In this document: piece after piece, positions 58,262 through 64,000 of the stretch
Position numbering within the stretch: the stretch's first letter is position 1
How the letters are laid out: every line of letters starts with the position of its first letter
Assembly (NCBI GenBank): GCA_039028875.1
Contig: JBCCHE010000003.1
Location: 128,130 to 192,129, forward strand
DNA from: Myxococcota bacterium
GTDB taxonomy: Bacteria > Myxococcota_A > Polyangia > Polyangiales > Houyiibacteriaceae
Length of the DNA stretch: 64,000 bases
Reading direction: 5' to 3'
The notes under the pieces: generated by a model
Seen by the model: only the letters and a program-made list of their open reading frames with translations
The model's database searches: none
Told to the model about the DNA's origin: nothing
Made by a program: the position numbers and the translations under genes

Positions 58262-61200
58262 CTACTCGCTGAAGAGGTTCTCGACGTCCGCCTTGGTGAG
58301 GCCCTTGAGCGGGCTTCCCTCGGTCGACAGCACGTTCGAGACGAGCTCGCGCTTCTTGGCGGATAGCTCGAGGATCTTCTCTTCGACCGTGCCCTTCGCG
58401 ATCAACTTGTAGACGTTGACGTTCTTGGTCTGCCCGATGCGGTGCGCGCGGTCGGTCGCTTGGTCTTCGACCGCAGGGTTCCACCAGGGGTCAAAGTGGA
58501 CCACCGTGTCGGCCCCTGTGAGATTGAGGCCCGTCCCGCCCGCCTTGAGCGAGATGAGAAACACGGGGACACTATCGTCGGCGTTGAAGCGATCGACGCG
58601 CTCGATACGGTCTTTGGTCGAGCCATCGAGGTACTCGTACTGGATCCCGTCTTCATCGAGCGCAGCCCGGATATGGTTGAGCATCTCGACGAACTGGCTG
58701 AAGACCAATACGCGGTGTCCGCCATCGACGGCCTCGCTGATGATCTCGCGGAGCGCACCGAGCTTGCCGCTCTCGGCGGCGGTGAATTCGGTGTCGGGAA
58801 GCTTCATCAGGCGCGGATCGCATGCGACCTGACGAAGGCGCGTGAGCGCGGCGAGAATTTGGATCTGCGCGCGGCTGACGCCTTGCTTTTCGACCTCGCT
58901 CATCACGCTCTTGCGTACCTGCCGAAGGATTTGCTTGTAGAGCTTGGCCTGCTCTTCGGCGAGCGGGACGATCATCTCCTGCTCGATCTTCTCCGGAAGG
59001 TCCGCTGCGACGTCGCGCTTCACGCGCCGCATCACGAACGGTTTGATCGTCGAACGGAGCCGCTGGGCCGTTTCCATATCGCCGCGATCGATCGGGCGCG
59101 CGATGCGTTCCTCGAACGTCTTCAGCTGGCCAAGCAGGCCGGGTGAAACGAAGTCGAAGATGCTCCAGAGCTCGCTCAAGCGGTTTTCGATCGGCGTTCC
59201 GGTGAGGGCGAGCCTTCGCTCGCTGCGAAGCTTCTTCGCGGCCCGTGCCGTGTGACTCGCGGGGTTCTTGATGTGCTGCGCTTCGTCGAGGATGACGTAG
59301 CGTAGATCGAGATCGTGAAGGAGCTCTTCGTCACGCCGAAGCAGCGCGTAGCTCGTGATCATCACGTCGGCCTTGTCGAGCTCGGCCCGTCGTTGCGCCC
59401 GGTTCGGCCCCTGCCAGACGACGGTGGTGAGGCCGGGGGCAAACTTGTTGATCTCGCGCTCCCAGTTCGGGACGACCGACGTCGGTGCCACGACCAAGTT
59501 GAGCTTTCGCTTGTATTTGCCCTTGGCCCAGGTCAGGAGCGCGATCGCCTGAATGGTTTTGCCGAGACCCATGTCGTCGGCCAAGATGCCGCCGCTGTTG
59601 ATCTCGTGGAGAAACACCAACCAGTTGAAGCCTTCCTTTTGGTACGGGCGCAGGGTCGCCTTCAGGCTTCGGGGCTTGGGCACATTGGGGATCTCGTCGA
59701 GATCGCCGATCTTGGTGAAGAGCGACTTGGCCGACGCGGAGACCTTGGCGTTCTCGACCATCTTGAGGAGATCTTGGACACGGCCCGCCTGCGATAGCGG
59801 GAGCTTCTCTTGCGCGCCCGAGGTGGCGTAGATCTCCGCCATGCGCACCAACACCTCGCCGACCTTCTCCGGGTCGACGGGCGCAAAGGTGCCGTCTTCG
59901 AGCCGAACGAGCCGTCGACCGTGCTCGAGGCACGCCCGGAGCTCCGCCTCACGTACGGCGGCCCCGCCTGAGGCAAACGTCATGTCGAGGTTCAGCCAGT
60001 CCATCCCGCTCGATACCCGCATCTGAGGCGTCACCGAGTCGTCTCGAATCGTGACGTCGACCAGGTCGTCGGGAATGAACCGGTCCCACTCCTCGGGCAG
60101 CTCACCGATGCCGGTGGTCCAGAAGTTGATGGCATCGTCGCCGTGCGCGACGAGCTCTTCCCCGGACTCCGAGACCTCGAAGCCAAGGCTCATCAGTGAC
60201 TGGATGCCCGCCATCTCCGCACCCACGTCGCGGCGCACCACCCGAGGGCGCGCCTTCCCGTTCTTCGGAGGAAGAAAGGCGAGCGGCGAAGGGAAATCAT
60301 CCGGTGGAACGTCGAACTCCTGGTCGTCGTAGCGGACGACCAGCTGCACCTTGGCGTCGATGATGTCGCCATTGGCCTTCAACTCGAAACGAGGCTGCGC
60401 GTCGACCAAGTCGGCGACGGAACTCAGGTCTGGAAGCTCGGCGCCAAGCGAGGCCGCGATCCGCGGAACATACTCGCCGAGCAACGCAGGCAAGTCCTCG
60501 AGGGACTGCACCATGGCGGGCGATCGGTAGAGCCTCTGCAGCCAAGCGGGCGTGACCAACTCGCTGACGGGGCGTGCGACGCCCTCGGTGGTGTCGATCT
60601 GCCAACCCGGTGTCCCCTCGAACCAAGCACCGCTCGACAGCGCGAAGCGCCGCCCACTGCTTTCGAGGCCGAACACCACCCGGACCCGGAGGCTATTGCC
60701 GTTGGCGGGGTCAAGCTCGATCTTGGGCTTCAGCGCTTCGTTCGCGAACCGAAGCTCCATCGACGCGGGCTCGAGCAGGACCCGGCGATCACTCAGCATC
60801 TCGAGGACCTCCGCTGCGTCCTCGCCTCTGAGCTCAGCGGTTGTGGCCTGGCCACGATTCGCGTTGCGAGCAAGCGCCCTGAAGAGCGGACGCTCGTCGA
60901 TCGACACCATGTTGAACGAACCGAGCGCGTCGTTGATCGGCACGGCGCTTCGCGAGCCAGCCATCACGGGCGTCACCGTGATCGACGCGGGCCGCACCGT
61001 CATTCGGTACTCGAAATCGAGAGGCTTCGGCAAGGCCTCCGGTGGAAGCCACGCGTCGAGCGGGCCGCGGGACTCTCCTCTGCCAGACTGAAGCTCACGC
61101 GGAGAAAGAACTTCGAGTGACCCGTTGTCACCGCCCGCGCCTCGCCGTCGCCGCCGCGAACGCCGACGTTTGCCACCGACCGATACGGTGCCGGGCACGT

Positions 61201-61660
61201 GAATGGGCTCGCTCTTCTTTTTCTTCTTTTTGGGCTGCTGGGGCTGCTTTGCACGGGGCGGACGGACTTCATCACGCAGCGCGACCATCACAGCCGCAAC
61301 GTGCTTGCAGTGGCCCGTCGGGCCACGCCACCCAGGACACGTGCAGCTCGACTCCCATGCGTCTTGCTCGGCGTCGTACGTGACCTTGGTGCGGTAGGGC
61401 TCGTCGGCCGTGCGCACGGAGATCTCGCCGCTCACCGACGTCTCTTGCTCGTCGAGATTGTCGACGGCTTTGCGCCGGGCGTAGAGGCGCCCGCGCAGAA
61501 ACGCATTGCCTCCTGTGACGCGCTGAATCGCGCGGTCACTCATCGAGGCGAGCTTCTTGGCGACCTCCGTGGTCGGTTCACGCCACGTGGGTGCCTCTTC
61601 TTCCGCGGGCTTGGGTTCCGCGGGGTCAGCTTCCGTATCTTGGAGCGCAGTTTCAGCCAT
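58262..61660 (-). CDS. SNF2-family ATPase/helicase with N-terminal SWIM zinc finger
   Basis: The SWIM finger is CTCPGWRGPTGHCKHVAAVMVAL. The SNF2_N motifs are GGILADDMGLGKTIQAIAL and VILDEAQHIKN. The helicase_C motifs are VFLISLKAGGTGLNLTGADTVVHFDPWWNPAVEDQATDRAHRIGQ. Confidence 0.92.
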   Translation of the reverse strand: MAETALQDTEADPAEPKPAEEEAPTWREPTTEVAKKLASMSDRAIQRVTGGNAFLRGRLYARRKAVDNLDEQETSVSGEISVRTADEPYRTKVTYDAEQDAWESSCTCPGWRGPTGHCKHVAAVMVALRDEVRPPRAKQPQQPKKKKKKSEPIHVPGTVSVGGKRRRSRRRRRGAGGDNGSLEVLSPRELQSGRGESRGPLDAWLPPEALPKPLDFEYRMTVRPASITVTPVMAGSRSAVPINDALGSFNMVSIDERPLFRALARNANRGQATTAELRGEDAAEVLEMLSDRRVLLEPASMELRFANEALKPKIELDPANGNSLRVRVVFGLESSGRRFALSSGAWFEGTPGWQIDTTEGVARPVSELVTPAWLQRLYRSPAMVQSLEDLPALLGEYVPRIAASLGAELPDLSSVADLVDAQPRFELKANGDIIDAKVQLVVRYDDQEFDVPPDDFPSPLAFLPPKNGKARPRVVRRDVGAEMAGIQSLMSLGFEVSESGEELVAHGDDAINFWTTGIGELPEEWDRFIPDDLVDVTIRDDSVTPQMRVSSGMDWLNLDMTFASGGAAVREAELRACLEHGRRLVRLEDGTFAPVDPEKVGEVLVRMAEIYATSGAQEKLPLSQAGRVQDLLKMVENAKVSASAKSLFTKIGDLDEIPNVPKPRSLKATLRPYQKEGFNWLVFLHEINSGGILADDMGLGKTIQAIALLTWAKGKYKRKLNLVVAPTSVVPNWEREINKFAPGLTTVVWQGPNRAQRRAELDKADVMITSYALLRRDEELLHDLDLRYVILDEAQHIKNPASHTARAAKKLRSERRLALTGTPIENRLSELWSIFDFVSPGLLGQLKTFEERIARPIDRGDMETAQRLRSTIKPFVMRRVKRDVAADLPEKIEQEMIVPLAEEQAKLYKQILRQVRKSVMSEVEKQGVSRAQIQILAALTRLRQVACDPRLMKLPDTEFTAAESGKLGALREIISEAVDGGHRVLVFSQFVEMLNHIRAALDEDGIQYEYLDGSTKDRIERVDRFNADDSVPVFLISLKAGGTGLNLTGADTVVHFDPWWNPAVEDQATDRAHRIGQTKNVNVYKLIAKGTVEEKILELSAKKRELVSNVLSTEGSPLKGLTKADVENLFSE

Positions 61661-61860
61661 GACTGAAGGGTGTTCGGGTGGCGGTTCGTTCGACCTGCAC
61701 GTTTCAGCGCGCGTTCAGTCTCTCCCCGTCGCGACTCGGTTGCTCGATCTACCCTGGAGACCCCGGTGTAGGCCGCAACCAGCCGCTACAACCCTGATGT
61801 TACACACGATCCCCGAGACCGCAACTCTCCGGATGGGGACCACCCCCCTGGCCTCGAGGG

Positions 61861-64000
61861 CTAGTCGGAGGCACCGAGCAGCGAATCCGGGAGCAGGGCG
61901 GACGGGTTGCCCGTGGAAAACACCCATAGCTGGTGCGCTGCGCGCGTGGCCGCGATGTGAAGCAGATGGCGGGTCTCGTTGTCGACCGGAAACGCCGAAG
62001 AATTGCACTCGACGATCACCACGTAGTCGAATTCGAGCCCTTTGACTTGACGGACGTCGGTGACGTCGACGCCTGGCCGAAACGGGAAATCCTGCTGCGC
62101 GACGCGACGCAGATTGGGAACTTCGCCGTGGCGCAAGCCCTTGTAGTAGAGATCCGCTTGCTCGGGATAGCGGGCAATGACGGCAACCGACGACAACGGC
62201 TCGGAACTCACCAGGTTGCGGAGCGCCTCCGAAAGAAACCCGACCGCCTCGCCACTGCCACCAAACTGGAACAACTCCACGGGCGCCCCATAGCGAATGG
62301 CTTCTCCGGAGACCTCGTTGCGAAGCGGACCAAGGACATCCGTCGCGAACTCGAGGATCTCGTAGGTCGAGCGGTAGCTGAGCTTCAGGGGCTCGATCTC
62401 GATGTGGTCGAGCTTGAGTTGTTCGAGCACCTGACGCCAGTCGCTGAACCCGTTGTCGAGGTGAAGCTTCTGCGCGATATCGCCGGCGAGCGTTACGCTT
62501 TGCTGCGGGGTCGACGTATCGAGAACGACCGCGAGCTCCACCGGGCTCATGTCCTGCGCCTCATCGACGAAGATGTGCTCGTACTGAAGCGGCGCGCGTC
62601 GGCCGAAGAGTGGCCCGCGCATGACTTGGTAGATGCGAAGCAAGAGGGCGTCGTCTTCGACGTCGAGCTCTGGCGGCTCTTCATCCTGCTCGCCGTCGAC
62701 ACCCAGACTTCGTGGGGCGCGCTCGTCGTCCTCCTCGATGGCATCTTCGTATGCGAGGAGCGAGCGGGTGGAGTTCCGGCTGCACCACGAGTGGGCCCAC
62801 TCGATTTCTTTTGCACTGAGGGCGTCCGGCGCCCATCGCTCGAAGGTCCGAACGAGGCGCTGCCGGTCGGTCAGAAGGTCGGCCCAAGCGGTCACGACGT
62901 CGTTTGTGCGCGACCGCCATCGCTGGCAGATGCGTCCCACCGAATGACGCATGCCGACCGGGACCTGGTTCGCCGTCGGGTCGCCACCCTTGAGCCAGTT
63001 GGCAAGAAGCTCGAGCCTGACGCCGAGCGGTTCACCCGCCGAGCCTCGCCACGTACTGGTAACGCGCGCGCCGCCCTCCCCCTTTCGGACCTCCTCTGCG
63101 ATCTCGGTGTCGACGCGCGCCGTGAGCTCCGCGACGTACTCGTCGATCGCACGAAGCATCGCCGGGTGCTTCTTCAGACGGACGACATGGGTGGGCGTAT
63201 CTTCGACGTAGCGTGTGGTGAGTTTCGGGAGGTGGCGACGTCGCTGTTGCTCGGCCCACGTCTGGAACGTCTGAACGGGGACGTCCTCGACCCCAAGCGC
63301 CGGCAGTACCCGGGAAATGTAGCGAACGAGCGCGTCGTTGAAGACGATGACCAGCATCTGGTCGGCTCGAAACCGACCCTTGTCCTGAAACGCCAAGTAC
63401 GCGAGGCGATGAAGCCCGATGGTTGTCTTGCCACTTCCCGCGCCACCTTGGATGACCACGAGACCGGACGTCGGTTGGCTGATCAGCTCGAACTGGCGCG
63501 GATCGATCAACGCCGTGATCTCGGAGAGGTGCTTGTCTTCGCGAAGGTCCTCGTCGCCGATCCCGAGCTCGCCGGGGCGATGGTGCGCCTCCGGCCGCAT
63601 CGCCGCCCCCTGCCCGCCCGCCAGGCGCGTCGACTGGTCGGCAACCCGACGCCAGGCGTCCTCGCGCGAGCGCCGAAAGGTGCCCTGAGGTGCCCCGATG
63701 CGCCGCAACTTGCCCGAAGTAATCGACAGATTGCGCCGAACGACCACCTCTCCCTCGACCTCGCGATCGCCGAAGATCTCGTCGTAGTCGTCGCCCTCCT
63801 CGTACCTGTAGTAGACCCGGCTTACGGGCGCGTCACGCCAGTCGACGATCCGCACCCCGGTTTTCGAGTCGAGAAACGTGCTGCGACCGATGAGAATCTC
63901 GCGCTTGCGCTCCTCTTCCTCGAGCACCATCCGGCCAAAATACGGGGACTGGCGGTCGACCGCCCCCTCGACGACCTTGGCGCGGCGGTTCGCCACCTGC
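61861..64000 (-). CDS. UvrD-like helicase of the HelD (RNA polymerase recycling / helicase IV) type; N-terminus may extend past the window
   Basis: The HelD-type N-terminal region is SPYFGRMVL...ILIGRSTF...VRIVDWRDAPVSRVYY. Also present are Walker A VIQGGAGSGKTTIGLHRLAYL, IFVDEAQDMS and the C-terminal VKGLEFDYVVIVE...LLHIAATRA. The frame is open to within 4 nt of the window end. Confidence 0.8.
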   Translation of the reverse strand, partial: QVANRRAKVVEGAVDRQSPYFGRMVLEEEERKREILIGRSTFLDSKTGVRIVDWRDAPVSRVYYRYEEGDDYDEIFGDREVEGEVVVRRNLSITSGKLRRIGAPQGTFRRSREDAWRRVADQSTRLAGGQGAAMRPEAHHRPGELGIGDEDLREDKHLSEITALIDPRQFELISQPTSGLVVIQGGAGSGKTTIGLHRLAYLAFQDKGRFRADQMLVIVFNDALVRYISRVLPALGVEDVPVQTFQTWAEQQRRRHLPKLTTRYVEDTPTHVVRLKKHPAMLRAIDEYVAELTARVDTEIAEEVRKGEGGARVTSTWRGSAGEPLGVRLELLANWLKGGDPTANQVPVGMRHSVGRICQRWRSRTNDVVTAWADLLTDRQRLVRTFERWAPDALSAKEIEWAHSWCSRNSTRSLLAYEDAIEEDDERAPRSLGVDGEQDEEPPELDVEDDALLLRIYQVMRGPLFGRRAPLQYEHIFVDEAQDMSPVELAVVLDTSTPQQSVTLAGDIAQKLHLDNGFSDWRQVLEQLKLDHIEIEPLKLSYRSTYEILEFATDVLGPLRNEVSGEAIRYGAPVELFQFGGSGEAVGFLSEALRNLVSSEPLSSVAVIARYPEQADLYYKGLRHGEVPNLRRVAQQDFPFRPGVDVTDVRQVKGLEFDYVVIVECNSSAFPVDNETRHLLHIAATRAAHQLWVFSTGNPSALLPDSLLGASD

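Noticed and set aside
61676-61700. GGTTCG-containing stretch resembling a tRNA T-arm in the SNF2/HelD intergenic region
   Set aside because: There is no flanking acceptor stem, anticodon arm or GTTCGAATC-type loop, so no cloverleaf can be drawn. No tRNA was found anywhere in the window.
58262-64000. Reading the SNF2 + UvrD-like pair as a phage-defence island (DISARM/other)
   Set aside because: No methyltransferase, nuclease, PLD or DUF1998 gene, integrase or compositional shift is present. Flanking genes are housekeeping. SWIM-SNF2 and HelD-like genes are common core genes.

Overview
This is a GC-rich, densely packed and almost entirely coding chromosomal segment. I called 46 protein genes and no rRNA, tRNA, CRISPR array, transposase, integrase or prophage signature. 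The gene content points to a myxobacterial (Myxococcota-like) core chromosome. That is an inference from CGDG...CDDGN...DGC cysteine-rich repeat lipoproteins, a fibro-slime/PA14-like domain and many TPR proteins.

Recognisable housekeeping genes are:
- Metabolism: thiG (5' truncated), thiE, purQ-purL, glpK, pheA, nadD and an NAD-type isocitrate dehydrogenase.
- DNA, translation and cell envelope: smc, holA, rpsT, murJ and engB.
- Protein quality control and signalling: yajQ, hslO and a ClpA-type unfoldase.
- Helicases: a SWIM-SNF2 helicase and a HelD-like helicase, the latter running off the right edge.

The window is mostly ordinary core genome, and I see no canonical defence or mobile island. 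Items worth a second look:
1. A tight operon (29.7-41.6 kb) is dominated by two translationally coupled giant helical-repeat paralogues (1475 and 1560 aa). They share a C-terminal zincin-like module with the HEXXH position erased. A 197-aa metallophosphoesterase-fold protein without metal ligands follows. This is the best candidate for an undescribed system.
2. Other apparent pseudoenzymes recur across the window: a signal-peptidase-I homologue lacking both Ser and Lys, a cyclase-AAA_16-TPR protein with all catalytic motifs degenerate, and a transglutaminase-like TPR protein.
3. A PrpR/RamB/ScfR-type regulator lies divergent from a mutase-meaB-long acyl-CoA dehydrogenase operon. That operon reads as an ethylmalonyl-CoA pathway module (ecm-meaB-mcd).
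4. A 60-bp nested dyad with an embedded T7 tract sits in the HxlR-type divergent promoter.
5. A C-rich, G-poor rut-like tract follows the mutase operon.
6. A 9-bp in-frame tandem repeat encodes a (DDL)n acidic insert in an RND/MMPL transporter.

All product calls rest on motif recall from the supplied translations. No searches were run, and start codons are often GTG/TTG and uncertain by a few codons.
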